Part shown: positions 1-10,048 of the stretch, piece after piece
How the letters are laid out: each line of letters starts with the position of its first letter
How positions within the stretch are numbered: the stretch's first letter is position 1
Origin: Candidatus Krumholzibacteriia bacterium
GTDB taxonomy: Bacteria; Krumholzibacteriota; Krumholzibacteriia; WVZY01
Direction of reading: 5' to 3'
Length of the DNA: 64,000 bases
NCBI GenBank assembly: GCA_046754105.1
Contig: JBHHVD010000003.1
Coordinates: 2,707-66,706 of the forward strand
The notes under the pieces: model-generated
What the model was told of the DNA's origin: nothing
What the model saw: only the letters and a program-made list of their open reading frames with translations
The model's database searches: none
Translations under genes and position numbers: made by a program

Positions 1-657
1 CGCTCCCTGCGAGAGCAGCGCGAGCCCCACCGGCAGCGTGCGCATCGACGTCGTGCTGGTCAGTATAAAGGGAAAGAGAAAGGAATTCCAGTTGATAAGG
101 CAGGTATGGATCGCAACTACGGCGAGCGCGGGCTTGAGCATCGGCATCACCACTCGAAAGAGAACCGTCATCTCACCCGCGCCCTCCAACCGCGCCGCTT
201 CTTCGCAATCCGGCGGGATCGACACGAGAAACTGGCGGATCAAGAAGATATTAAAGGGGTCCGCCGTGAAGGGCAGGGTCAGCGCCGCATAGGTATCCAG
301 CAGTTGCAGCTTCTGCATGAGGATGTAGAGCGGCACCAGGATGACCTGCTTGGGCACCATGATCATGGATATCACGAGAAAGAACAGGACGCGGTTGCCC
401 CGAAACCGGTAGCGGGCGAACGCGTACCCTGCCATCGAGCAGATTAGAATGTTGCCGATGAGAACGACGACGACGACGACGAGGCTGTTGACGAAATAGC
501 GGTCGAACGGCCCGGCACGCCACACTTCCGTGTAGAAACGGGCGCTAAGACCTTCCCCGCTGCGGAGCGAGATGCCCACCATCCACACCAGCGGGTAGGC
601 CATGACGGCGAAGATCGCCAGCAGCAGCGCAGCTTGCAGGATTCGTTTCACGGGCTA
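1..657 (-). CDS. Carbohydrate ABC transporter permease (MalG/UgpE-like), partial (runs off window start)
   Basis: Hand translation of the minus strand from a GTG at 657 gives VKRILQAALLLAIFAVMAYPLVWMVGISL...EAARLEGAGEMTVLF with no stop down to position 1. The EAA-type permease loop and its position after the first permease support the call. Confidence 0.8.
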
Positions 658-673
658 CTTCCTCGCGGTGCCG

Positions 674-1552
674 TCAACCGGCAGCCGCGCCGAACCGGGG
701 TCGAAAACGCTTCACGGCGAAAATCGAAAATAATCCGGACAGAACGAAGACGACATATGCAACCGCGCTCGCGTAACCGTAGTCCAGTTGACGGAACGCC
801 GTTTCGTACAGGGTCAGTACCAGCGTATCGGTGGAACCCAGCGGGCCGCCCTGCGTCATTACAAAGACTTCGATAAAGATCTGAAAAGAGCGAATCGTGT
901 TGATGACAAGGACGAAGCTGATCACCGGTCGCAGCATCGGCACCGTCACGTATCTCAAGGTGGCACGAAAGCCGGCGCCCTCGAGTGTTGCGGCTTCGTA
1001 GAGTTCCCTGGGGATACCGGCAAAAGCCGCGTCGAAAATGATGGCGTAGTACCCCATCGCCGCCCACACGTCCATCACCATGATCGCGGGCAGGGCCGTC
1101 CTCGGGTCGGTCAGCCAGCCGTGACCGCCGAGGCCGAGCGCCGAGAGGGCGTGGTTGAGCCCGCCGTCCGGGGCGTAGAACAATTTGAAGAGCAGGGAGA
1201 TGACGACCATGGAGATGATCGAGGGCAGAAAGAACCCTGCCTTGAGCAGGCCCTTCCCCGGAATCCGCCCGCGGAGCAGCACGGCCAGGCCGAGCGCGCC
1301 GGCGGTCGTCAGCGGCACGGTGCCGAGCACGAAGAGCAGCGTATTGCGAAGGGCGCCGAGAAAGCGCGGGTCGCCGAAGAGCCGCGCGAAGTTGTCGAGC
1401 CCTACCCACGAGGTCGTGTGGACGTTGAGCGGATTGAACGAGAGAAAACCGAGCGCGAACGAGAAGACGAACGGAAACACGTAGAAAGCCGCGTAGACGA
1501 TCGCCCACGGCAGCAGCAAGATCAAGACGGGTCGTGTAGAACGCATAATCAT
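674..1552 (-). CDS. Carbohydrate ABC transporter permease (MalF/UgpA-like)
   Basis: This is the 293-aa portion of ORF 674..2293 starting at MIMRSTRPVLILLLPWAIVY. It has multiple TM segments and the permease signature region ...AATLEGAGFRATLRYVTVPML. The upstream part of that ORF frame overlaps the substrate-binding protein gene and is judged non-coding. Confidence 0.85.
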   Translation of the reverse strand: MIMRSTRPVLILLLPWAIVYAAFYVFPFVFSFALGFLSFNPLNVHTTSWVGLDNFARLFGDPRFLGALRNTLLFVLGTVPLTTAGALGLAVLLRGRIPGKGLLKAGFFLPSIISMVVISLLFKLFYAPDGGLNHALSALGLGGHGWLTDPRTALPAIMVMDVWAAMGYYAIIFDAAFAGIPRELYEAATLEGAGFRATLRYVTVPMLRPVISFVLVINTIRSFQIFIEVFVMTQGGPLGSTDTLVLTLYETAFRQLDYGYASAVAYVVFVLSGLFSIFAVKRFRPRFGAAAG

Positions 1553-1653
1553 ATCGCCGTCCCGTCGCGGGTGGCAGCGAACGGGCGCCCACCCGCGCGC
1601 AGCCTTCGAACTCGGGTGGGTTGTAGTGCCTGGAGGCGGGTGGCGCCCGCCGA

Positions 1654-2883
1654 CTACTGTCTGAACTTCTCGACGATCCGCTCGAGCGCCGCGGACGCGT
1701 CCTGCAGCGACTCCTTCGCATCCTTGCGGCCGTACAGCACTTCCTCGACGGAGCGGTTGATAATATCCTCCATTTCGATCCAGCCGGGGTGTGCCGGCGG
1801 CGTGTGGCTGCTCATCGACTGCAGCACGAATATCTGCATCTTCGGGTTGCCGACGAAGGACGGGTCGCCCAGGGCCGCCTTGGAGGCGGGAAAAACGCTC
1901 TTTACGGCCTTGCAAAGCACCTTCGCCTGGGGATAGGCCTGCAGGTAGCGGGCGAGGGCGAGCGCGGCCTGCTTTTTCTCCGAGTTCTTGAACACGACCA
2001 GCATTTCCGCGCCGGTGAAACTGCCGTGGTGGCCCTTCTTGCGCGACGGCCGGGGGACGCGGGTGACACGGTAGCTCAGTTCGGGGGCTTCTTCGGCGTA
2101 GTTGCGGATGTTCCAGGCCCCCGATATCTGCATTCCCAACCGCCCGCTCTTGAAATGGTGATCTAAGACCTCTTGTTTTTCCTTCAGCGAGTACTCCGCG
2201 AGCGAGCGGTAGAACTCCATCGCCTCCAGGTTTTCCAGACTGTAGTAGATCACATTGCCGTCGGCGTCGAGGATGCCCCCATCGTTGCCCCATGCGAACG
2301 CCATGAACTTCTTGTAGAGAACGTATCGTTCCCCGAGGTTGAGACCGAACCCGCTGATGTCTTCACCGAGGGCATCGATGCGCGCGGCCGCTTCGAGAAG
2401 CTCATCCCACGTCACCGGAGGACGCTGGGGATCGAGCCCCGCCTCCACGAACAGGTCCACGTTGAAGAACAGAACGCGCGTTCCCTGCACCCACGGCAGT
2501 CCGTACACGCCGCCCTGCCACAAGGCGCTTTCCCAACCCATGAAGTCGTCCTTGATCTCGGCGTGTACCGCGCTGAGGTCTTCGAGTACGCCCTCATAGC
2601 TGAACCGCGGCAGCCACGTCGAGCCCAGCTCGCACACGTCGGGTTGTGTCCCGGCCGCGATCGCCGCCTGGATCTTCTCCAGGCCGCTTTGCCACGTGAG
2701 CTGCTCCACCTCGACTTTGACGCCGGGGTTTTGCTTTTCGAACTCGCGCACCATCGGTTCGATCACGTCGTTGTCCCAGAAATGCCAGAAGCGCACTGCC
2801 TGGCCCGAATCGCCACCGCCACAACCACCACTGAGCGTGGCGATCACCGCCCCTGCCACGGCCAAGAAACGCTTTACGTTCAT
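1654..2883 (-). CDS. ABC transporter extracellular solute-binding protein (family 1, sugar-type), lipoprotein
   Basis: 409 aa. The N-terminus MNVKRFLAVAGAVIATLSGGCGG has a lipobox (LSGGC). Its length, composition and position upstream of the two permeases fit a sugar-binding protein. Confidence 0.85.
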   Translation of the reverse strand: MNVKRFLAVAGAVIATLSGGCGGGDSGQAVRFWHFWDNDVIEPMVREFEKQNPGVKVEVEQLTWQSGLEKIQAAIAAGTQPDVCELGSTWLPRFSYEGVLEDLSAVHAEIKDDFMGWESALWQGGVYGLPWVQGTRVLFFNVDLFVEAGLDPQRPPVTWDELLEAAARIDALGEDISGFGLNLGERYVLYKKFMAFAWGNDGGILDADGNVIYYSLENLEAMEFYRSLAEYSLKEKQEVLDHHFKSGRLGMQISGAWNIRNYAEEAPELSYRVTRVPRPSRKKGHHGSFTGAEMLVVFKNSEKKQAALALARYLQAYPQAKVLCKAVKSVFPASKAALGDPSFVGNPKMQIFVLQSMSSHTPPAHPGWIEMEDIINRSVEEVLYGRKDAKESLQDASAALERIVEKFRQ

Positions 2884-2890
2884 CCGTTCA

Positions 2891-3802
2891 TCACTCCCCC
2901 AGCGCGCGTTTGAGAAACCCGCCGGCCCGCGCCAGTGTTTGCTCGGCGTCTTTCTTGGTCACGCCCATCTTGGCCATGACGACGCCGATTTTGACGTTCT
3001 TGCCCGACCGCCGGTAGACGTCGGCCGCTTCGTCGTAGTCGATGCCAGCGAGGAGACCGATGATGCCCTTCGCCCGTTCTTCGAGCTTGTGGCTCGCCGG
3101 CTTCAAATCGACCATAAGGTTGCCGTAGACCTTGCCCAGCCGGATCATGCTCGCAGTCGAGATCATGTTGAGCACCATCTTCTGCGCCGTACCCGCCTTG
3201 AGACGCGTGGAGCCCGTCACCGCTTCGGGGCCGACCACCACGTTGATCTCCACGTCGACGTCCGCGTGCGAGGCCGGGTTACAGGTGAGAAACACGGTAC
3301 TCGCGCCGACGCGCCGTGCCGAGGCGAGCGCGGCGATCACGTACGGGGTTCGGCGGCTGGCCGTGATCCCGACCACCGTATCCTTCGCCTTGACCCTGTG
3401 CCGCTCCATATCGGCCACCGCCGCGGCCTCGTCGTCTTCCACTCCCTCCCGGGACAGAAACACCGTCTCGCGCCCTCCCGCGATCACACCGACGACCATT
3501 TCCGGCGCAACACCGAACGTCGGCGGGCACTCCGACGAATCCAGGACACCCAAACGTCCGCTCGTGCCCGCTCCCACGTAGATCAGCCGCCCGCCGCCTT
3601 GAAACGACGCCACTACCTGCTCCACCGCCGCGGCGATTTGCGGGATCGCGCCACCGACCACTTCGGCGACGCGCAGGTCCTCTCCGTTCATCAGTTGGAG
3701 GATCTCCTCGGTCGCGGCCAGGTCGATATCCGCGGTCCGCGGGTTGCGCTGCTCGGTGGCGAGGAGTTTGAGCTCTTCGAAGATCTGTTTTGCGTCGGAC
3801 AT
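2891..3802 (-). CDS. murQ: N-acetylmuramic acid 6-phosphate etherase
   Basis: 303 aa with a SIS domain. Motifs EQRNPRT..IDL and GAGTSGRLG..TASRRTPYV with a C-terminal LARAGG...AL are typical of MurQ. Confidence 0.9.
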   Translation of the reverse strand: MSDAKQIFEELKLLATEQRNPRTADIDLAATEEILQLMNGEDLRVAEVVGGAIPQIAAAVEQVVASFQGGGRLIYVGAGTSGRLGVLDSSECPPTFGVAPEMVVGVIAGGRETVFLSREGVEDDEAAAVADMERHRVKAKDTVVGITASRRTPYVIAALASARRVGASTVFLTCNPASHADVDVEINVVVGPEAVTGSTRLKAGTAQKMVLNMISTASMIRLGKVYGNLMVDLKPASHKLEERAKGIIGLLAGIDYDEAADVYRRSGKNVKIGVVMAKMGVTKKDAEQTLARAGGFLKRALGE

Positions 3803-3911
3803 GATTCTCCCGCAAGGGGGCGGCGGCCCGTTTCGTGCAAAGCCACGGCAGAGTCTATCAGAATCACGCGGGGATGGAAAAGGTTTTGCAGGGTGGTGCC
3901 GGGACCTTCAA

Positions 3912-6900
3912 CTACTTGACGTGTACCAACTTGCCTCGAAACGTGGACTGCTGGCCGCCCTGGTTGACATTAATGACGAAGAGATAAACACCGTTCGCAA
4001 TCTCATCGCCGTTGAACGTGCGGCCGTCCCAGGCGACGGCGTTCTGCCCGACCGCCCGGGCGCTCGGCGGTATCTGTAGCTTTGCGATCCGACGGCCCCT
4101 GGTCGTAAAAATATCGATCGTGCCGCCGGAGATCGCCACCTCGGCCGTGTACACGAACTGCGTCCGGTCGCTGAACGGATTGGGATAGGCAACGACATCG
4201 AGTACCCCCAACCGTGACGAGACCACGATCTGATAATCGAAACTGGCGTTGTCGATGAATACGGAGAGCGTATGCGGCCCCTGCGGCAGATCCGCAGAGA
4301 ATGCGACGAGCCACGTGGAATCCCCCCGTGCCGGCTGCGTTACGTTGGCGGGGACGGCGGTGCCGTCGATTTTGACCCGGATGAGAGACGTATCGAGGGC
4401 GACGGGCGACGTCAGCTCGAAGACGTAGTCCGCCCTGGGCGGCACCACGTCACCGCTCACCAGCGGGCGGCCGCCGGCCTTGAGGACGACGCCCAGGTCG
4501 ACCTTGAGCACGAACTCTCCGGTCATCAGGAAATTGGTTCCCGTCGTGTCCACCGCCTGATGGGCGCGCAGGATGATGTCGTACTCGCCCGGCACGATCT
4601 TCGTCCGGAAGGTCACCTCGTACTGGCGGGCGGCGTCCAGCCCCTGGTCGACCAGCGGCGTGACGGTTAACTGGTTCGATGCGTCCACGCCCGCGATATC
4701 CAGCGTGATGTCCTCGATCGCCACCTCGTCGGTGATGATCGCCCGCACGGCGACGGAATCGCTGGCCCCGATCGTGGTGAGCGACGAGCCTGACTGCACC
4801 GGATTGCCGTCTACCGTCACCTCGAACCGCGGCGGCCCGGCGTCGATACGCAGCAGCGGGTCACCCAGGATATGGTAACGGAGGATCATTCCCACCGCGC
4901 CCTTGCCCGGACCCGAACTTCCCCGCCTGGAGAGGTTCACGAGCTCCGCGTCGGTCATGATCTCGCCGAAGATCCAGCGCGCCTGCGAGCGGCCGCTCGC
5001 CAGGTCGGGATCGGTCCGCGGATTCTCGTAGAACTGCTTCGCGATGATATCGGTGTACATCTCGTTCGTGCTGAGGTACTCGAAGCCCGTGCTGCCGTAG
5101 GTGCTCACCGCACCTCTGTTTTCCAGAAGGAGCAGCAGCTCGGAGAGGCTATCGCCGTTGGGGCCGTTGTTGGCAAATCGATTGCGTTCCCGGTGAACCG
5201 CATAATCGCTCAGGTGGCACCCCATTCCAAACAGGAGGTAGGGGCGGCCGACGTTGAAGCCCCGCGGATTCAGGTAGTCGGGTGTCTCGCCGAGGTTCAC
5301 CGTGCTCGTGAAGAGAAACTCGTGGCAGATCGCGTACCGGTTCATGTGCGCCTGGAAACTGACGATGGTGGCGCCCCTGGCAAGCTCGTCGAGCAGCGCT
5401 GGAACGGCGTTGCTGCGCGTGTCCTGCTGCTGGACAAAGGGCGACACACACGTCCCCACGGGTGGGTGCTGGATACGGTTCGACAGGAAGAAACGCACCA
5501 CGTCGAAGCCGTTGGGTATCGAGTTCTCCGTCGTCACCGCCGCCGCCTGCTCGGCCCTTTCGAAACCGGCTTCCGCGGGCTGGTTGCACGTGATGGAGAG
5601 GGACTGGAACGACCACGCGTCATCGGCGATTCGGATCATACGCCGCCGCCAGAAATCGCCCGCCGCCGGCCTTTCGAAGGCGAGGATCTTATCGATCATG
5701 CGGCGTATTTCGGTGTCGTTGCCCGCGGGGAGCCTGCCGACGATGAGGCTGGGAATGAAATTCAGGGGGTTTGCCCCGCTGACCGGCGGCTGGTTCTTGA
5801 TGAAATCGTGGTCGAGCATCACGTACCACTTGTCCGAAGTGACGACTTCGTCCTCGTTGAAACCGGCACCGACGAACTCTGTGAACGACTCGGTCGGGAC
5901 GAAATTAACTCCCGACTGGCCGACGTGCACGCCCTTGTTGTCCTCGCTGGCGTCCCCGACCAGCACCACGAAACTGGCGTTCCCCTTCTCGAAGAAGTGG
6001 CGCACGAAGCGGCGAATGGCCCGGGGATGATTCACGCCTCCGTTGAACTCGTCGAAGATCTCCTCCACGTCCGCCATCAGCACCCGGTACCCCTGCGCCT
6101 TGCGGTAGTCGACCCATCGCTGCATGCGCCCGAGGTAATTCTTGTGGGACACCACGACGACGTCCACGCCGGCCTCGGCCGGGTTGCCGATCAGGCCGCT
6201 CGGCACGTCCGCGATGACGTCGCCCCCCGTTATCTCTTTGATCTTGTCCAGCGGCGTTGCGATGTAGCGTCTCTGGGAAGACAGTGTTTCCCGAAACGAC
6301 AGCACCTGGCCGCCGCCGGCCGGCGTGAAGTGACCCGCGGTGAGCTGGCAATCCAGCGGCGCCAGGGGATCGGTTATGTCGAAGAGCATCACGTCGGTAC
6401 GACTGAGCCCTGTCACGACGAGGCTCGTGTCGCCGGCGAGCGCGGCGGAGTGGAAATCCAGCACGTTGCCCTTTGCGCGGTATGGCGAGCGGTACTCGAC
6501 ATCGAACCAGTTGAGGAGCACGTCGAGGGACGATACCTGGTTACCGGGGTTCGGTTCGATACGGAAGGTGTTGATGCCCTCGACCAGGGCGCTTGCCGGT
6601 ATCAGCCCCGAATCGTAGTCCACCAGGCTGTTCGTGGGCACGGAAACGCTGTTCAGGACCGTGGTCCCTCGGGTGTTGATAATCTTGAGGTCGATGCCGC
6701 GCGTACTAATCTGCAGGTTGGCGCCCAGGAAGCGGGCCTTGAGCCGAAACTGGCTGCCGCCTCGGACCGCATCGAGCGAGAATGGCGCTGAGAAGGACTG
6801 CAGAAACTCGCCGTGGTAGTAGTAGAAATCCCGTTCGAAAGGCGGCGTTTTCTCGCGGAACCAGAGGTCCTTTTCGAAATGCCCGGTGACGGGGAACGAT

Positions 6901-8072
6901 GCCGCGGTCGTGTCTCCGGACACGAATCCGGGCGCTACACTCTTCGGACTCATGCGCGGGCCGGCGGAGGCACCGAGCCAGTAGATATTGTCGTCCGTGA
7001 ACTTCTGGATCGGGTCGTCCTGTAGCGTGTCCTCGCGAAGCGCCTGCCCGTAGAAGATCACGTAGTCGCTGCCGTCGAACTCACCCGCTGTGCCGGCGGG
7101 ATCCTCGGCCACCTTGTAGCCCACGTCGACGATACGCTCGGCCAGGCCCACGTCATCGTAGGCTCTCTTGAACAGGTGCAGATCCCCCGTGGCCGTCCCG
7201 GCAGGGAATCCCCCGGCGATGGCGGACGCCGCGCTCACCCGGTGCATGCGGCTCTCTCTGACCCGCAGCTTGACCACGGGCCCGGCGATCGCCCGCGCGC
7301 TTCGCGCCGATCGGCTGCTGCCCTCGAACCGCGACGGGGCGGCCCGCCAGCCCCTGCCCTGGGCCGGATTGACCACCATCTTCGAGAGAATGCGGTCCCA
7401 GACCGCCGACTCCGGCACCGGCCGCAGCACTTCCCCCCGCCCTCTCCCCGTGCGTGTTTCAAACGTCACTTCCACCCGTATCACCGTGGCCACGACGGTC
7501 TCTCCCGTCGCAGGATCGTACGCCACGGGATCCAGCCGCAGGGACAGCACCCGCTGGTGCCGCACGCGGCCGACCCCGGCGTCGGCAACACGGATCGTGT
7601 AGCCCCGCCTCCGGTAGATCGCGTCATCGATGGAATACGTCTCGGAGGTGGTGACAAAGTCATTCCCGTCTCGTACCGACACCGGGGACGGCACCGGCTC
7701 GAGCACGTGGGCGCCCAGGGGCTCGGAGCGCACGACCGTGTGGCGGATCGAGTAGCCTCCGCGGGGCGGCAGCGCCACCAGGAAGTAGCGACCGGGCAGG
7801 CGCGGCTCGCCTTCTCCGGAGAGGGTGCCCCAATCCGGTATCTCCAGCCGTTCGGTCCCCGCCAGGAACGGCGACGCCTCGAAACGGGCCCCGTCCGCCG
7901 TCACCTCGAACACCAGGCGCGACTGACTCGACGAGACCACCTGGACGGCGGCCGTTGCGGGCGTCACGAGGGCGGCGGCCAGGTACAACAGGGTGCAGCC
8001 AACCGCCAGGGATGCGCACAGCCCGCGGGGTGGCGAAACGACAAGACCGCGCATAAAAAGAGGACCTCCCAA
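3912..8072 (-). CDS. Secreted peptidase C25 (gingipain-like) family protein with C-terminal T9SS type-A sorting domain
   Basis: 1386 aa with an N-terminal signal peptide. The region VVVSHKNYLGRMQRWVDYRKAQGYRVLMADVEEIFDEFNGG matches the start of the C25 catalytic domain. A candidate clan-CD Cys lies in LLFGMGCHLSDY. The C-terminus YPNPFSDRTQFVY...WDGRTFNGDEIANGVYLFVI matches Por_Secre_tail / FlgD-Ig-like. Confidence 0.6.
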   Translation of the reverse strand: MGGPLFMRGLVVSPPRGLCASLAVGCTLLYLAAALVTPATAAVQVVSSSQSRLVFEVTADGARFEASPFLAGTERLEIPDWGTLSGEGEPRLPGRYFLVALPPRGGYSIRHTVVRSEPLGAHVLEPVPSPVSVRDGNDFVTTSETYSIDDAIYRRRGYTIRVADAGVGRVRHQRVLSLRLDPVAYDPATGETVVATVIRVEVTFETRTGRGRGEVLRPVPESAVWDRILSKMVVNPAQGRGWRAAPSRFEGSSRSARSARAIAGPVVKLRVRESRMHRVSAASAIAGGFPAGTATGDLHLFKRAYDDVGLAERIVDVGYKVAEDPAGTAGEFDGSDYVIFYGQALREDTLQDDPIQKFTDDNIYWLGASAGPRMSPKSVAPGFVSGDTTAASFPVTGHFEKDLWFREKTPPFERDFYYYHGEFLQSFSAPFSLDAVRGGSQFRLKARFLGANLQISTRGIDLKIINTRGTTVLNSVSVPTNSLVDYDSGLIPASALVEGINTFRIEPNPGNQVSSLDVLLNWFDVEYRSPYRAKGNVLDFHSAALAGDTSLVVTGLSRTDVMLFDITDPLAPLDCQLTAGHFTPAGGGQVLSFRETLSSQRRYIATPLDKIKEITGGDVIADVPSGLIGNPAEAGVDVVVVSHKNYLGRMQRWVDYRKAQGYRVLMADVEEIFDEFNGGVNHPRAIRRFVRHFFEKGNASFVVLVGDASEDNKGVHVGQSGVNFVPTESFTEFVGAGFNEDEVVTSDKWYVMLDHDFIKNQPPVSGANPLNFIPSLIVGRLPAGNDTEIRRMIDKILAFERPAAGDFWRRRMIRIADDAWSFQSLSITCNQPAEAGFERAEQAAAVTTENSIPNGFDVVRFFLSNRIQHPPVGTCVSPFVQQQDTRSNAVPALLDELARGATIVSFQAHMNRYAICHEFLFTSTVNLGETPDYLNPRGFNVGRPYLLFGMGCHLSDYAVHRERNRFANNGPNGDSLSELLLLLENRGAVSTYGSTGFEYLSTNEMYTDIIAKQFYENPRTDPDLASGRSQARWIFGEIMTDAELVNLSRRGSSGPGKGAVGMILRYHILGDPLLRIDAGPPRFEVTVDGNPVQSGSSLTTIGASDSVAVRAIITDEVAIEDITLDIAGVDASNQLTVTPLVDQGLDAARQYEVTFRTKIVPGEYDIILRAHQAVDTTGTNFLMTGEFVLKVDLGVVLKAGGRPLVSGDVVPPRADYVFELTSPVALDTSLIRVKIDGTAVPANVTQPARGDSTWLVAFSADLPQGPHTLSVFIDNASFDYQIVVSSRLGVLDVVAYPNPFSDRTQFVYTAEVAISGGTIDIFTTRGRRIAKLQIPPSARAVGQNAVAWDGRTFNGDEIANGVYLFVINVNQGGQQSTFRGKLVHVK

Positions 8073-8246
8073 GGCCGGGACCAGGTTACGGAGATTTCAA
8101 CAGGGGGCGTAGAGCAGGCTGGCAAACCAGTTAAAACGTATAACGTTAGCCGGTGGCCGTCAAGGCCGAAGCATCGCGTTCGGTACGTACAGTATACCGC
8201 GGATCGCGGTCGGCTGTCAATCCAGCCAGCCCTCTATTTGGACAAC

Positions 8247-8274
8247 GGCCCTTGCCCCCTCAGGGGCAAGGGCC
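8247..8274 (-). terminator. Perfect 12-bp stem hairpin (GGCCCTTGCCCC-ctca-GGGGCAAGGGCC) downstream of gene 8306..8863; possible terminator
   Basis: Inverted repeat read directly from the sequence. There is no clear T-run on the minus strand, so its terminator function is uncertain. Confidence 0.3.
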
Positions 8275-8305
8275 GATTGATTGCGAAGGATCGAGTTTCC
8301 GGGGC

Positions 8306-8863
8306 CTATTCGGTGCCCGAATACAGTGACTTGATGACGCCCCACGTCGTTTCCTCGACCGGAACCGAGCAGGGGCACGATCCGTCGTCATTGATGCGTC
8401 CGCTGTGGCTCGGCACACCGGTCAAGAGGTTATTGCCACAATCCACGACCTCGATCGTGCCGGAGGGCACACTCGGGTCTCCAGTGATCGGGTACACGCA
8501 GCACGCCGGGGTCCCGCCGCCGAAGGTCACAATCGACAGCACGTGAATCGGTGCGGTCAGGCACTGGCCGTACCCGATGGCCACGCCAGTCTGCGAGCCG
8601 CCGACCGTCACGGGAAACTGCGTCTGGTCCGAGAGAAACGTTACCGTGGCACAGGCGGGCAGGGTCGCCTTGAACTGGATCGCCGTCGCGCCGGTTGTGC
8701 TCACGTGTACGAAGTTCCACGTGTTGGTCGGCAAACCCCCGTCGACCAGGTTGCAGTCCAGGCCACCCGGATCCATAAATATACTGATCACCCCTGCGGC
8801 TTGGCCGAACGCCACCGTCGCCGACAGCATGAGCACGACAGTCAGTAGCAATGTTTTCTTCAT
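8306..8863 (-). CDS. Small secreted Cys-rich protein, subfamily A of the TTWG-x-[VI]KSLY C-terminal-motif family
   Basis: Start chosen at MKKTLLLTVVLMLSATVAFG (signal peptide) with AAGGAG 6 nt upstream. About 8 Cys. C-terminus CSVPVEETTWGVIKSLYSGTE. Paralogous to 10121..10681 and 33426..33983. Confidence 0.7.
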   Translation of the reverse strand: MKKTLLLTVVLMLSATVAFGQAAGVISIFMDPGGLDCNLVDGGLPTNTWNFVHVSTTGATAIQFKATLPACATVTFLSDQTQFPVTVGGSQTGVAIGYGQCLTAPIHVLSIVTFGGGTPACCVYPITGDPSVPSGTIEVVDCGNNLLTGVPSHSGRINDDGSCPCSVPVEETTWGVIKSLYSGTE

Positions 8864-9107
8864 AGACATCTCCTTCGCGGACGAGGCAATCCCCACCAGG
8901 CCCTTTTTGTATAGACGATACCTGCACTCTCTACGGTGCCGATCGCCGCTCAAAATACGCGCCTTACCTTCAAACGGCGGCTACGCGAATGCACAATCAG
9001 GCGGTCTATGGCGACCGCATGCTTAAGTGTTCAACGTGGACTCCGCCGATGTCAAGCACTTTGTGGGAAAGTAGCGGCTATTTGCGCGGGGCGGGCGTGA
9101 TCGTGGC

Positions 9108-9151
9108 CGAAAAACAGCCACCCATGGCGGCGCGCGGCCTGCCATGGGTGG
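9108..9151 (-). terminator. Rho-independent terminator downstream of gene 9183..9737
   Basis: 11-bp inverted repeat CCACCCATGGC / GCCATGGGTGG with a 12-nt loop, followed on the minus strand by CTGTTTTTCGG. Confidence 0.5.
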
Positions 9152-9182
9152 CGTCGGGCGGCAATGAAGCACCTGTGGTCGG

Positions 9183-9737
9183 CTACGGCGCCGCGGTATA
9201 GAGTGCCTTGACCCGTCCCCAGGTCGTGTCCTCGACGGGAACGGTGGCGCAAATCAGCCCTGTCATGCCGATGGCGTTGATGAACTGGTTCGTGGGCCAC
9301 TGGGTGGCTCGGACGGCCCCGAAAATCGGATGAGGGCTTACCACCACCGGCGTATCCGTGACCGAGCAGCCGCTGCAGTTCCAGGTGAACAGGATCGTGT
9401 AGGCTCTGAACTTGCCAAAGACGTTCTGGGGCAGCGACCAGCCCATGGAAATACCCGTGGGCGAGGTACCGAAGGTCACCGGTGGCGTACCGGCGTCGGC
9501 CACCCACGTCATCGTCACGGGAAACGTGACAGCCAGCTCCAGACCCGAGATCAAGTCGTTGAACTGCTGAGCAACCACGAACATCGAATCCAGCCCACCG
9601 GCGGGTGGGCAATTCTTGCTTTCCGCAGTCAGCGCCGTGTCGAAATAGAGCCTCACTGTCGGCGTTTGCGCCTGGGACAGGCCCACGCAAACGGCGAGTA
9701 GCAGCAGTGCTGCCAGCGTCGATCGAAATATCCGCAT
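9183..9737 (-). CDS. Small secreted Cys-rich protein, subfamily B of the TTWG-x-VK[SA]LY C-terminal-motif family
   Basis: Start at MRIFRSTLAALLLLAVCVGLSQA (signal peptide) with a GGTGA-type RBS. Body motif TWVADAGTPPVTFGTSPTGISMGWSLPQN. C-terminus CATVPVEDTTWGRVKALYTAAP. Confidence 0.7.
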   Translation of the reverse strand: MRIFRSTLAALLLLAVCVGLSQAQTPTVRLYFDTALTAESKNCPPAGGLDSMFVVAQQFNDLISGLELAVTFPVTMTWVADAGTPPVTFGTSPTGISMGWSLPQNVFGKFRAYTILFTWNCSGCSVTDTPVVVSPHPIFGAVRATQWPTNQFINAIGMTGLICATVPVEDTTWGRVKALYTAAP

Positions 9738-10048
9738 AGGATCACCTCTCTGACAAAAGCATAACCAGGTTTCTTTCAGGTAACGGGACACACCCGGGCG
9801 GGGACCTATGCAAGAGACGGACCGAATCCCGTCCTCCGGGGGGAGGAATCGAAGGGCGCCGGCCAAAACCAACCGATCCGTCGACCGATCGGGCGAGGCG
9901 CACCCGCACTCACCCCTATGCGGCATTTTTTTCCGGGCCGGGGGTGCGCCGCGATCGGGGCGGACGCTGGGAGGGGAGATCGCGCGCGGGGCGTTGCCGC
10001 ACATCTTTGTGGCAGACTGCAACGTCGACCACCCGCGAGAGGATGGCA

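Noticed and set aside
674-2293. 539-aa ORF as a single protein
   Set aside because: Only the C-terminal 293 aa (from MIMRSTRPV at 1552) look like an ABC permease. The upstream 247 aa overlap the solute-binding-protein gene in another frame and are Arg/Gly/Pro-rich noise.
4872-6791. 639-aa plus-strand ORF
   Set aside because: It is antisense to the C25 peptidase gene. The composition is dominated by R/G/A/P/H as expected for frames of a ~65% GC genome, with no motifs or RBS.
7176-8546. 456-aa plus-strand ORF spanning the C25 start, the intergenic hairpin and the family gene
   Set aside because: It crosses an intergenic region and two well-supported minus-strand genes, and has R/G/P-rich low-information composition.
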